In this document: piece after piece, positions 37,470-47,527 of the stretch
Layout of the letters: the number at the start of each line of letters is the position of its first letter
How positions within the stretch are numbered: the first letter of the stretch is position 1
From: an uncultured Acidimicrobiia bacterium
GTDB lineage: Bacteria > Actinomycetota > Acidimicrobiia > Acidimicrobiales > SZUA-35
Length of the DNA: 64,000 nt
Reading direction: 5' to 3'
Assembly (NCBI GenBank): GCA_965530755.1
Contig: CBESNA010000003.1
Coordinates: 76,848 to 140,847 of the forward strand
Made by a program: the position numbers and the translations under genes
The notes under the pieces: generated by a model
The model's database searches: none
What the model was told of the DNA's origin: nothing
The model's input: only the letters and a program-made list of their open reading frames with translations

Positions 37470-38789
37470 ATGGTCACAGAAATGAACGCCGAGCTCGGCG
37501 ACGACCCAGCCGTCGTCCCGAACCCCGCTGCCACGGACGATCCGTGGATCGAAGCGCACGTCGGCGCGGCCTCCGCTGCTTCGGCCCTGCTGCTCGGCAT
37601 GGGTCTCTTGATGGTCGGCAACGCCCTCGGGGGCTCCGTCATCGGTATCCGGGCCGAGCTCGAGGCCTTCAACACACTCGCCACCGGTGCGATCATGGCT
37701 GCGTACTTCGGCGGGTTCCTCATCGGATCCCGCCTGGCGATGCGGTTGCTGGCCCAGGTCGGCCACGTGCGTGTCTTCGCTGCGCTTGCATCGTTGGCAT
37801 CGACGGTCGCCTTGGTGCAGGCGATTGCCGTGCATCCGCTCGTGTGGGGCCCAACCCGTTTCATCACCGGAATGTGCATGGCCGGTCTGTATGTCGTCGC
37901 CGAATCCTGGCTCAACGACATCGCGAGGCCAGAGACACGGGGTCGGATCCTTGCGGCCTACATGGTCGTGTCGATGGGCGGCGTGGCGATCGGCCAAGCG
38001 CTGCTTGTCACCGCCAGCGCTCTCGACGTCACGCTCTTCATCGTCGCTTCGGTGCTCATCTCGATGGCGGTGATCCCGATTTCGCTGTCCACGTCGCATG
38101 CGCCCACAAAGGCGACGCCAGAACCCATGTCGCTTTCTGAAATGGTGCGCATCGTCCCGACGGGCATGATCAGCATGTTGTTCGTCGGAGTTTCGGCCGG
38201 CGTCCTCTTCGGCATGGGTCCCGTGTTCGCAACTCGAAGTGGCCTCACATCGAATCAGACGGCGCTCTTCCTGTTCGCCCCGATTCTGGGTGCGGTGGTG
38301 TTCCAGTTCCCCCTCGGGATCATCTCCGACCGGGTCCCCCGTCGAGGTCTGCTGGCGGTCGTGGCGACGACGGCCGCAGTGATCGCGCTCGGTCTCACCC
38401 GACTGGACGTCACATCGACCACCGGAACTGCAGCGATGTTCCTGCTCGGCGGTGCGATGTTCCCTCTCTATTCGCTCGCGATTGCCTACACCAACGACTG
38501 GATACCGGACTCCCAGAGGGTGGCGGCCAGTTCGTCACTGGTGATGATCAACGGCACGGGCGCCATCCTCGGACCGCTGGCCGCCGCGGTTTTATTCTCG
38601 GTCAGCGACGACGCATTCTTCTATCTCATCGCCGCCGCACACGCTCTGATGGCCACGTACATCGGCTGGCGGATCATGGTCAAGGACGCCCTTCCGATGG
38701 ATCGGCAAGAGGCGTGGGTGCCGCTGTCGTCACGCGCCACCGCAGCCATCTCCGTCCTGGCTCGCCCCGTCCGCAAACGGGATCGCTGA
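37470..38789 (+). CDS. MFS transporter
   Basis: 12-TM profile with an ESWLNDIARPETRGR loop motif. ATG 37470 was chosen because the upstream part of track ORF 36309.. is antisense to the peptidase gene. Confidence 0.8.
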   Translation: MVTEMNAELGDDPAVVPNPAATDDPWIEAHVGAASAASALLLGMGLLMVGNALGGSVIGIRAELEAFNTLATGAIMAAYFGGFLIGSRLAMRLLAQVGHVRVFAALASLASTVALVQAIAVHPLVWGPTRFITGMCMAGLYVVAESWLNDIARPETRGRILAAYMVVSMGGVAIGQALLVTASALDVTLFIVASVLISMAVIPISLSTSHAPTKATPEPMSLSEMVRIVPTGMISMLFVGVSAGVLFGMGPVFATRSGLTSNQTALFLFAPILGAVVFQFPLGIISDRVPRRGLLAVVATTAAVIALGLTRLDVTSTTGTAAMFLLGGAMFPLYSLAIAYTNDWIPDSQRVAASSSLVMINGTGAILGPLAAAVLFSVSDDAFFYLIAAAHALMATYIGWRIMVKDALPMDRQEAWVPLSSRATAAISVLARPVRKRDR

Positions 38790-38792
38790 CGG

Positions 38793-39572
38793 TCAAGCGG
38801 GCACGTCGAACCGTCGGAGCTGGTCGGACCCGGTGAACAGGCGTCTGGAGATCCCCAGGCTCATCACCGCCGTGGTCGTCGCCACGCTGCCGAGGACGAG
38901 GTACATCACCGACAGCTGCACACGGACAGCATCGACCGGTTCGACACCGGCGAGAATGAGGCCAACCATCGCCCCAGGTAGGGCGATGATGCCGACGGCC
39001 TTCGTCGACTCGATCTGGGGCACCAACGCAGTTCGCAACGCTTGCCGCAAGTGCGGCTGGAAGGCTGCCGAGGCGCTGAGTCCGAGTGCGAGGCGACCCT
39101 CGATGTCGATCCGCTGTTTCGATGCTGCGGTGAAGAGCTGCCTGGAGACCAGCACGGTCGCCGACAACGAATTGCCGACCACGATGCCGGCGAGCGGCAC
39201 GATCGTTCGTCCCTCGATGTCGTAGACACCGAACCCGAAGAGCACACCGAGAGTGACCACTGCGCTTGCGGCATAGGCGACCAGCGACAACGGCAGAACG
39301 TCCGGCACCTCCGATGCCCGCTGCTGGGTGGTGTAGGCAGCGAACCCGAGCATGAACGCCAACCAAACGAACGAGAGCACGAGAGGGTCGCCCGGGTCGA
39401 CGATGAGCTGCAAGGCGTACCCGACGATGATGAGCTGCACGAGGGCTCGAATCGAGGCGAACAGCACGCTGCGTTCGAGGCCCAGCTGACGCCACAGTGA
39501 GATCCCAATGGCGACGGCGATGAGAATGGACGACGCCGCCATGCCGAGCAACCCGATGTCGGTGCGTGCCAT
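38793..39572 (-). CDS. fetB: FetB/YbbM-type ABC exporter permease (UPF0014)
   Basis: Collinear with E. coli YbbM: ALVQLIIVGYALQ, PLAGIVVGNS, ALVPQIESTKAVGIIALPGAMVGLILAG. The ATG shares 1 nt with the fetA stop. Confidence 0.8.
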   Translation of the reverse strand: MARTDIGLLGMAASSILIAVAIGISLWRQLGLERSVLFASIRALVQLIIVGYALQLIVDPGDPLVLSFVWLAFMLGFAAYTTQQRASEVPDVLPLSLVAYAASAVVTLGVLFGFGVYDIEGRTIVPLAGIVVGNSLSATVLVSRQLFTAASKQRIDIEGRLALGLSASAAFQPHLRQALRTALVPQIESTKAVGIIALPGAMVGLILAGVEPVDAVRVQLSVMYLVLGSVATTTAVMSLGISRRLFTGSDQLRRFDVPA

Positions 39573-40276
39573 CAGCCCTCTCCGATCAGCCGACGGACCC
39601 GCGTGTCGTCGTGGTCTGACAACTCGCCGATGTGGCCGAACGCCACCATCTGCCCGCCGTCGAGCACCATCACGTGGTCGGCGAGCCGCCTGAGTTGGTC
39701 GGTGTCGTGGGTGACCCACACGATGGGCACACCACCGTCGGCGATCTCGCGTCCGAGTTCCTCGATGGTGCGTCTCGCGTCACCGTCGAGTGCCGCCGTT
39801 GGTTCGTCGGCCAGCAGAAACGACGGACCTGTCAGCAAGGCCCGAGCCACACACATGCGCTGCGCCTCACCACCGCTGAGGTCGGAGGCCTGTCTGGCCA
39901 GCAACTCGGCCGACAGACCGACGTGTTCGAGCACGTGCCCCGCCCGCTCGGCCGTCACGTTGGGGTCGGCCACACGCAGATTGTCGAGGACATCGCCGTC
40001 GAAGATCGGCGGCGTCTGGAAGACCATCCCGACCCGTCGGCGCAGATCGCTCGGCTCGAAGGACGACAGCGGCTCACCGTCCAAAGCGATCGTGCCGCTG
40101 ATCGGATCATCGAGTCGATTGAGCAGTCTCAGCAATGTCGACTTGCCCGATCCCGAAGGGCCGGCCAGTGCAGTGATCCCCTCGCCAGGGATGTCGACCG
40201 TGATGCCGTTCAGGATCGGATGCTCCGGCGGGCCGGCGACCACGTCGCGTAGTCGAAACGATGGCGAAGTGGTCAC
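39572..40276 (-). CDS. fetA: FetA/YbbL-type ABC exporter ATP-binding protein
   Basis: Walker A GPSGSGKST, signature LSGGEAQR, Walker B FLLADEPT. GTG 40276 was chosen because it lies downstream of the MMPL stop at 40300. Confidence 0.85.
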   Translation of the reverse strand: MTTSPSFRLRDVVAGPPEHPILNGITVDIPGEGITALAGPSGSGKSTLLRLLNRLDDPISGTIALDGEPLSSFEPSDLRRRVGMVFQTPPIFDGDVLDNLRVADPNVTAERAGHVLEHVGLSAELLARQASDLSGGEAQRMCVARALLTGPSFLLADEPTAALDGDARRTIEELGREIADGGVPIVWVTHDTDQLRRLADHVMVLDGGQMVAFGHIGELSDHDDTRVRRLIGEG

Positions 40277-40299
40277 CGCCGCACCGTAGGCCGAGAAGG

Positions 40300-42681
40300 T
40301 CAGACGGTGACGGTTTCGCCCGGAGTCTCGTCGATCTTCATCGCCGAGGGAGGCTCGTGGTGGCCACCCTCGACATTGAGATCTGGAAGGATCCGGTCGA
40401 GCCACGCCGGCAGCCACCAGTTGCGAGCTCCGAGCAGCTGCATGGTCGAAGGAACCAGGAGCATGCGGACGATGGTGGCATCGATCAGCACGGCCATGGA
40501 GAGACCGAGACCGAACAGTTTGATGATGCGATCATCCTCGAACAGGAAGCTGCCGAACACCACGACCATGATCGCGGCAGCAGCGGTGATGACCCGCGCC
40601 GTCATAGCGAGGCCGTCGGCCACCGAGTTGACGGGGTCGCCGGTGCGCTCGTATTCCTCTTTCACCCGGGAAAGCAGGAACACCTCATAGTCCATCGAGA
40701 GGCCGAAGACGATGGCGAACATCATCATCGGTATGAATGGCTCGATCGGCGCACCCTCGATACCGAAGATCGACCCGAACCAACCCCACTGGAAGATCGC
40801 AACGACAACACCGTAGGCAGAACCGATCGAGAGCATGTTCAGCACCACCGCCTTCAGCGGCACCATGATCGATCGGAAGACCGCCATTAACAACAGGAAC
40901 GACACGAGCAGCACCACGCCGAAGAACAGCAGGATGCGACCGCCGAGGAAGCCGGTGAAATCGATGTTCGCAGCGGTCGCCCCCGTGACATATGGAGTCA
41001 GTCCGCTGTCAGCCACGACGCCGGGAACAGTGTCGTCGCGAAGGGTCCGGACGAGCTCCTCAGTTGCCTCGTCCTGGGGCGAAGTCGTCGGCTGCAACTG
41101 GATGATCGCTGCGCTCGGGTTGTCCGGATCGTTCGGGATCGGAGGTGAGGCGAACGCCACACCCTCGGTCTGATTCAGTTCCTCGGAAAGAGCGACAAGC
41201 ACCTGGAGGTCTGCGGGCGAGTTCAGCTCGGTGACGACAGCAAGCGGGCCGTTGGCCCCAGGACCGAATCCTTCGGCCAGGAGGTCGTAAGCCTGACGGG
41301 TGGTGGTCTCCTCGCGGAAGTTGCCCTCGTCCGAGAACCCGAGGCGGAGGTCGAGCAACGGTGAGGCAAGCACCAGGAGGAACGCTGCGCCGCCGATGGC
41401 AAAGACCCATGGGCGGGACTGGATGATGCGGCTGAGTCGATACCAGATGGTCTCGCGGGTCGGCACTTCCCGACGGGCGGGTAGCGCCTTCTTGAGCGCT
41501 GTCGAGAGCGGAAGCGACCCGACCACCATGACCGCGATCGCCAATCCGACCAATGGGAGCGAGGTCAGGAGCGGGTCGAGACCGAGCCCCAGCATGAGCA
41601 GAGCGAGCGAGATCAGGACCGAGGCGGCCATGCCCCGGTAGCGGGTGAGATTCACTCGTTCACGAACGATGCCGAGCGCGGCCGGCAGCAGTGTGATCGA
41701 CGATGCCATCACAATGGCGACCGTGGTTGCGGCCCCGATTCCCAGCCCGGTGATGAACCCGAGGCCGATCAAGAGGAGGCCCAGCAGCGAGACCACGACA
41801 GTGGCGCCGGCGAAGACCACAGCGCGACCGGCGGTGTCGAGGGCGACCGCCGTCGCATCTTCTGGACCGAAGCCCTGGGCCAGCGCTTCGCGGTAGCGGG
41901 TGACGATGAACAGGGCGTAGTCGATGCCGACACCGAGACCGATCATGAGGCCGATGGTCGTGGCGAAATCCGGGATGCCGACGACGTTCGAGAGGAGGGT
42001 GATCAGCATGGCCCCGATGGCCACGCCCAGTACGGCGACACCAATGGTGGTGCCCATAGCCACGACCGAACCCATGGCCACGATGAGCACCATGACAGCG
42101 AAGGCAAGGCCGAGCACTTCGGACTCGGGCGGTTCGAACGCGCCGAAAGCGGCGCCCCCGATCTCGACTCGCAGTCCGTCGACTTCCTCCAGTCGCTGCA
42201 ACTCGATCAGCTCCCCGATCGCGGCACCCATCTCGGAGGCCTTGATCTGGTCTGTGCCGGTGGGCAGATTGATGGTGGCGTAGGCGATCTCACCGGAACG
42301 CTCACCCGCTCCGGCGATGTTCCGCAAACCTTCGGGATCGTATGGACTCACCAGCGACAGCTCATCGAACGTGGCACCCTCACCGCTGTCGGCACGAATG
42401 GCGTCGAACAGACCTGTCATTGCGGCCACCACGTCAGGGTCGTCGACTCCCTGCTCTGCCTCGAACACAATCGTGCCAGGAAGACCGCCGCCCGATCCAC
42501 CGAAGGAGCCCTCGAGGATCTCGAAGCCCGACGCGGAGTCGGAGTCGGGGATCTCGAAACTTCCGTCGTAGGCGGGACCGATGGCTCGGACAAGGACGCC
42601 GATGACGAGGAACACCACTGCCCACGCGGCGATGACTTTTCTGGCGTTGTTGAAACACCAGCGTGCGAGTCGTTCGTACAT
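40300..42681 (-). CDS. MMPL family (RND superfamily) transporter
   Basis: 793 aa in two 6-TM bundles, each preceded by a large external loop. The N-terminus MYERLARWCFNNARKVIAAWAVVFL is typical of MMPL proteins. Confidence 0.9.
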   Translation of the reverse strand: MYERLARWCFNNARKVIAAWAVVFLVIGVLVRAIGPAYDGSFEIPDSDSASGFEILEGSFGGSGGGLPGTIVFEAEQGVDDPDVVAAMTGLFDAIRADSGEGATFDELSLVSPYDPEGLRNIAGAGERSGEIAYATINLPTGTDQIKASEMGAAIGELIELQRLEEVDGLRVEIGGAAFGAFEPPESEVLGLAFAVMVLIVAMGSVVAMGTTIGVAVLGVAIGAMLITLLSNVVGIPDFATTIGLMIGLGVGIDYALFIVTRYREALAQGFGPEDATAVALDTAGRAVVFAGATVVVSLLGLLLIGLGFITGLGIGAATTVAIVMASSITLLPAALGIVRERVNLTRYRGMAASVLISLALLMLGLGLDPLLTSLPLVGLAIAVMVVGSLPLSTALKKALPARREVPTRETIWYRLSRIIQSRPWVFAIGGAAFLLVLASPLLDLRLGFSDEGNFREETTTRQAYDLLAEGFGPGANGPLAVVTELNSPADLQVLVALSEELNQTEGVAFASPPIPNDPDNPSAAIIQLQPTTSPQDEATEELVRTLRDDTVPGVVADSGLTPYVTGATAANIDFTGFLGGRILLFFGVVLLVSFLLLMAVFRSIMVPLKAVVLNMLSIGSAYGVVVAIFQWGWFGSIFGIEGAPIEPFIPMMMFAIVFGLSMDYEVFLLSRVKEEYERTGDPVNSVADGLAMTARVITAAAAIMVVVFGSFLFEDDRIIKLFGLGLSMAVLIDATIVRMLLVPSTMQLLGARNWWLPAWLDRILPDLNVEGGHHEPPSAMKIDETPGETVTV

Positions 42682-42763
42682 GTCGGTACTCCGGGTCGGG
42701 CGGCGGGGCCAGTCGGGCTGGCAATACGCTACGAGACCGTACCTGGGCGATTCCGACGTCCGA

Positions 42764-44527
42764 TCAGACGTACTCGTCGCGGAGCTGGCGTTTGAGGAAC
42801 TTCCCGTTGGCGTTCTGCGGGAGTGGTTCGGTACGGAACCAGATGTTGCCGGGGATCTTGTGTTTCGCCATCATCGGAGCGAGGAACTCCCGCAGCTCAT
42901 CGGCTGTGAGGGACGCACCCGAGCGCAGCACGACGGCGGCGGCGACATCTTCGCCGAGACGCTCGTCCGGTATGCCGAAGACGGCTGCCTCCGCGATGGC
43001 CGGATGGGTGTAGATCACCGTTTCGACTTCGGAGCAGTAGACGTTCTCGCCGCCCCGCAGCACCATGTCCTTTGCTCGGTCGACGATGTGGACGAATCCG
43101 TCATCGTCGATGAAGGCAATGTCCCCGGTGTTGAACCAACCGTCCTGGATGGACTCGGCCGTGGCCTCTGGCTGATTGATGTAGCCCTTGATCACGATGG
43201 GACCCTTCACCAGCAATTGGCCTCGCTCGCCCTGGGGCAGATCGTTGCCCACCTCGTCGATGACCTTGCCGTCCACGTTGGGAACCAGCGGACCACATGA
43301 CTCCGGTTTCATCACATACATCACGCTGGAGTTGGCCGTGAGAATACCGTGGGTCTCCGTGAGGCCATAGCCGGTCGACGGAGCACCCTTCGGCAGGGCA
43401 TCGTCGATCTTCTTTACGAGGTCGGGCTGCAGCGGTGCTCCGCCTCCGCCAAGGCCCTGCAATGACGAGGTGTCGCGCGTCTGCCAATCCGGATGCAGCA
43501 GCATCTCTCGACTCATCGTCGGGACGCCGGAGAAGTTGGTGACCTGCTCCCGCTCGATGAGTTCGAGCGCTCGGGCCGGGTCCCACTTGTAGGTGAGGAT
43601 GAGCTTGGCCCCGACCATGGTGGCTGGATGGAGGAGGCAGTTGCACGCCGTGACGTGGAACAGCGGCGTCGGCGCCATGTACGACGGAGGCAACGGCTCT
43701 TCGACAGCTTCGTCTGAAACCTCGCCCGCTGCCGCTTTGGCCTTGGCACCCGCCAATGCCGACACCATGCCCATGAACACGATGTTCAACAGGTTGTGCA
43801 CCGAACCGCGGTGCGTCAGCTGCGCCCCCTTCGGGGTCCCGGTGGTACCGGATGTGTAGAAGATCGTGATGTCGTCATCCGGGTCGATGTCGACCTCAGG
43901 CAGCGCGTCCGGGGCCGACGCCGGGTCGATCACGTCGCTCCAGTGCGCAGAATCCGCTGGGAGATCGGTCTCGGTGCGGACGGCGATGATGGCGAGATCT
44001 GCGTTCGCACGAAGTGCGTCGAGATGGGGAATGACCCGTTCGAGACGCTCCCGATCGCAGATGAGGACCTTCGGCCGCGAGTCGTCGAGAGCGAATTCCA
44101 TCTCGGGTCCGGTCCACCAGGCGTTCATGCCCACGGCTGCCGCTCCGATCGAGGCGATCGCCCAGTAGCTGATCACCCACTCCGGATAGTTGCGCATCGC
44201 GATGGCCACTCGGTCGCCGCGTTCAACGCCATGGTCGGTCACGAGGTGATGAGCGAGGGCCCTTACCAGCGCGGCGGTCTCGGTGAACGTGTAGCGCTCG
44301 TCTTCGTAGACGATGTAGTCCTTGTCGCCGTGGAAGGTGGCCATCTCCCACACTGCCCGCATGTCGGCCGGCCCCTGTTCGAAGACCCGCATCGGCACGC
44401 CCCGGACCTCGGTTTCGACCATGGCAAATCCACTGCCAGGGGCGATCAGTTCGTTCCATGCTTCTTTGAAGTGCTCGATCACCTGGACATGGTGGTACAG
44501 ACCGATCAGACGTGCCAGTCGACACAC
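42764..44527 (-). CDS. Acyl-CoA synthetase / AMP-dependent ligase (ANL family)
   Basis: IFYTSGTTGTPKGA, GYGLTETHG, TGDIAFIDDDGFVHIVDRAKD, and the NGK near the C-terminus. The GTG start lies 12 nt after the DUF971 gene. Confidence 0.85.
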   Translation of the reverse strand: MCRLARLIGLYHHVQVIEHFKEAWNELIAPGSGFAMVETEVRGVPMRVFEQGPADMRAVWEMATFHGDKDYIVYEDERYTFTETAALVRALAHHLVTDHGVERGDRVAIAMRNYPEWVISYWAIASIGAAAVGMNAWWTGPEMEFALDDSRPKVLICDRERLERVIPHLDALRANADLAIIAVRTETDLPADSAHWSDVIDPASAPDALPEVDIDPDDDITIFYTSGTTGTPKGAQLTHRGSVHNLLNIVFMGMVSALAGAKAKAAAGEVSDEAVEEPLPPSYMAPTPLFHVTACNCLLHPATMVGAKLILTYKWDPARALELIEREQVTNFSGVPTMSREMLLHPDWQTRDTSSLQGLGGGGAPLQPDLVKKIDDALPKGAPSTGYGLTETHGILTANSSVMYVMKPESCGPLVPNVDGKVIDEVGNDLPQGERGQLLVKGPIVIKGYINQPEATAESIQDGWFNTGDIAFIDDDGFVHIVDRAKDMVLRGGENVYCSEVETVIYTHPAIAEAAVFGIPDERLGEDVAAAVVLRSGASLTADELREFLAPMMAKHKIPGNIWFRTEPLPQNANGKFLKRQLRDEYV

Positions 44528-44539
44528 CCACCTGAGCGA

Positions 44540-44893
44540 TCAGTCAGCCTCGGCCCATCGACGGAACGTCTCGAATGGATAGATGCCAGTCGTATGACCG
44601 TCGTTCCAGAGGAACGACAAACCCCACGCTCCGTGCATCTCGGCGTCATCGATGGCGAGCGGTACAGGACTTCCCGGCCGTGGCCAGACGTCCTCGCCCT
44701 GCTCACGAAACACGCGACAGGTGGCACACGGGCATCCGAGCCTCACCTCGACGAGGTTGAACTCGGCCACCAGACCATCAGTCCACTGGACCGTGACCGT
44801 CCCGGCCGGGCGGTCGACGGTCACCGAGACGTCGTTCGGATCGACCGGCGGTTGTACAGAAGGGTTGCTCACCAACTCATTCAAGCCGGTCAC
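44540..44893 (-). CDS. DUF971 (gamma-butyrobetaine hydroxylase N-terminal-like) small protein
   Basis: 117 aa with a CPCATC zinc-knuckle-like motif and a GYSF/W.DGH-like region (LSFLWNDGHTTGIY). The GTG start overlaps the DMGDH stop (GTGA). Confidence 0.65.
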   Translation of the reverse strand: MTGLNELVSNPSVQPPVDPNDVSVTVDRPAGTVTVQWTDGLVAEFNLVEVRLGCPCATCRVFREQGEDVWPRPGSPVPLAIDDAEMHGAWGLSFLWNDGHTTGIYPFETFRRWAEAD

Positions 44894-47478
44894 GCCCGCA
44901 TCCGGGTTCCGGACGGATCGAACAGCGGCTCGGGCTGCGTCGTCGCTGACCGCCGCACGCCAAGGACCTCGATGTCAAAGGATCCATCGGCCTCGGCGAG
45001 GTCGGCCGGCACGTACGCCATCGCCACAGACACTCCAGAGCAGTGGGCGTACCCGCCACTCGTCACCCAGCCGACCACCTCTTCTTCCGCCGTGCCCTCT
45101 GGCGTGAACCACACCGGCTCGTCGCCGATCACGTCGGCTGCGTCCGGGCCGGTTCCGGCATCGAGCGTGAAGGTGACGAGCATCTTGTCCGGCCCCGCCG
45201 ATGCCTTGGCGACCAGAGCGTCTCGACCGACGAAGTCGCCTTTGATCGCCGGGTCGAGCTTCACGAAACGATCGAAGCCTGCTTCGAACGGGCTGTACAA
45301 CGGACGGTACTCCCGCGCCCAGGACCCGAACCCCTTCTCGAGCCGAAGCGAGTTGAGCGCCTGACTGGCGAACAGTCGGATCCCGAACTCTTCTCCGGCT
45401 TCCATGAGGGCATCGAACACGGTGCGTTGATAGCTCGCCGGCATCCAGAACTCGTAGCCGAGGTCGCCAGTGAAGCTGACCTTGCCGCACAACACGGGGG
45501 CGAGGCCGAGATCGATGGCCCGGAAGCGCATGAAGCCGAAGTTCTCGGCAGAAACGTCGTGGTCAGTCACCTTTTCCAGCACTCGTCGCGCATCTGGACC
45601 TGCGATCGACAGTCCGCACATCTCGTAGCCGAGCGCCCGGAAGGTGACCGGGGCTCCCCCGCCGTTGAGATGTGCCCCCTGTTGCTGTTCGAACCAGCGC
45701 TCGTAGTAGCGCTCGGCGACACCCGAGCCGAACACCATGAAGGACTCGAGCTCCGCCGTGTTCGCCGTCGCTCCCCCTGTCACGCCGCCGCGGGCACCGA
45801 GAGCATCACCGGACGCCGCCGGCAGACACGCGACCGTGAGGTCACCGATGAGTCCTCCAGCTTTGTTCACCATGGGAGCCATCGCCATCCGGCCCGGTTT
45901 CGGCACAGTGTTGGTGATCAGCCGGTCGAGCAGTGCGCGAGCCCCGGGGCCGTCGAACGCGAACGTGGCGAACCCGGTGGTCTCCATGAGCCCGACCGAC
46001 TCTCGAACGGCGAACGACTCCTCCCGAACCCGGTCCCACGAGTTCGATCGCTTGAACGTGATCTCCTCCATCGGCGGGGTGCCAGGTTCCTGGAACCACA
46101 GCGGAGTCTCCAGTCCGAACGACGTGCCCCAAACAGCGTTCGCAGCCACGAGCCGATCGTGGATCGGTGACGTCTGCAGCGGGCGAGCTGCCGGCAACAC
46201 CTCGTTGGGGAACGTGATGCGGAAGCGGCGGCTGTAGTTCTCCCTGACCTTCTCGTTCGTGTACCCGAGCGTTGCGAAGTCGCCGTAGCGGGCGATGTCC
46301 ATGCCCCAGATGTCGAAGCCGGGGTCGCCCTCGGTCATCCAGTTGGCCAACGCGAGACCAACACCGCCGCCCTGGCTCAACCCGGCCATGACGGCGCAGG
46401 CGCTCCAGTACCCCGGCAACCCGAGCACGGGACCGAGCAGTGGGTTGCCGTCCGGCGAGAAGGTGAACGGACCGTTGATCACCGTCTTGATGCCTGCTTC
46501 GGCGAACACGGGGAAGTGACGGAAACCGACGTCGAGCGATTCCGCTATCCGGTCGAGATCGGGGGCCAACAGCTTCTGACCGAAGTTCCACGGCGTGGTC
46601 TTGGTCGACCACGGCGTGCCGTTTCGTTCGTAGGTGCCGAGAAGGAGGCCGCCACCTTCCTGGCGCATGTAGATCTCGCCCCCGAAGTCGATGCAATGCA
46701 GGACCTCGCCATGTTCGGCGTTGTATTCGGCAACTGCGGGGATGTCCTCGGTGAGGAGATACATGTGTTCCATTGCCAGAACCGGCGACTCGAGACCGAC
46801 CATGCGCCCCACTTCGCGAGCCCACAACCCACCGGCATTCACGACGTGCTCGCAGTGGATCGTGCCGAGGTCTTCGCCTACCTCCCCGAGCTTGTCGCCT
46901 TCGGTCTTCATCAAGTGGACGTTCCAACCACCATCCGAAGCACGAGTGATGTCGCGTGCCCAGGTCTTGCGGTAGATCTCGGCCCCGGCCCGCCTGGCGG
47001 CGATGGCGTACGCATTGGTGACTCCGGACGGGTCGACGTGACCCTCGTGAGCGTCGTACATGGCGCCGACGAAATACTCCTCTTCGAGCAGCGGCATCAG
47101 GCGTTTGGCTTCGGCCACCGAGATCAGCTCGGTCTCCATGCCGAGATAGCGACCTCGGGCATGCGACATACGGAGCCAGTCCATCCGCTCCTCGGTGTCG
47201 GCCAACATCACGCCACCCGTGATGTGGATGCCGCAGTTCTGGCCGGACACCTCCTCGATCTCCTTGTACAGCTCGATCGTGTATTGTTGGAGCTTGGCCA
47301 CGTTGGGATCGCCGTTGAGCGTGTGCATCCCACCGGCCGAATGCCAGGTCGACCCATGCGTCAGTTCGCTTCGTTCAACGAGGACGACGTCGGTCCATCC
47401 GGCTTTGGTGAGGTGGTAGAGCACCGACGCCCCGACCACGCCACCGCCGATCACCACGACCTGCGCGCTGCTTTTCAT
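44890..47478 (-). CDS. Dimethylglycine / sarcosine dehydrogenase family flavoenzyme with GcvT folate-binding domain
   Basis: VVVIGGGVVGAS, a covalent-FAD His region HGSTWHSAGG as in DMGDH/SARDH, and a C-terminal GcvT-like half (VSFTGDLGYEFW). ATG at 47478. Confidence 0.9.
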   Translation of the reverse strand: MKSSAQVVVIGGGVVGASVLYHLTKAGWTDVVLVERSELTHGSTWHSAGGMHTLNGDPNVAKLQQYTIELYKEIEEVSGQNCGIHITGGVMLADTEERMDWLRMSHARGRYLGMETELISVAEAKRLMPLLEEEYFVGAMYDAHEGHVDPSGVTNAYAIAARRAGAEIYRKTWARDITRASDGGWNVHLMKTEGDKLGEVGEDLGTIHCEHVVNAGGLWAREVGRMVGLESPVLAMEHMYLLTEDIPAVAEYNAEHGEVLHCIDFGGEIYMRQEGGGLLLGTYERNGTPWSTKTTPWNFGQKLLAPDLDRIAESLDVGFRHFPVFAEAGIKTVINGPFTFSPDGNPLLGPVLGLPGYWSACAVMAGLSQGGGVGLALANWMTEGDPGFDIWGMDIARYGDFATLGYTNEKVRENYSRRFRITFPNEVLPAARPLQTSPIHDRLVAANAVWGTSFGLETPLWFQEPGTPPMEEITFKRSNSWDRVREESFAVRESVGLMETTGFATFAFDGPGARALLDRLITNTVPKPGRMAMAPMVNKAGGLIGDLTVACLPAASGDALGARGGVTGGATANTAELESFMVFGSGVAERYYERWFEQQQGAHLNGGGAPVTFRALGYEMCGLSIAGPDARRVLEKVTDHDVSAENFGFMRFRAIDLGLAPVLCGKVSFTGDLGYEFWMPASYQRTVFDALMEAGEEFGIRLFASQALNSLRLEKGFGSWAREYRPLYSPFEAGFDRFVKLDPAIKGDFVGRDALVAKASAGPDKMLVTFTLDAGTGPDAADVIGDEPVWFTPEGTAEEEVVGWVTSGGYAHCSGVSVAMAYVPADLAEADGSFDIEVLGVRRSATTQPEPLFDPSGTRMRA

Positions 47479-47527
47479 CGACGGTCCATCCTTCTCGGTG
47501 TCGTCCGCTCGCACGGCTGGAAACGCA

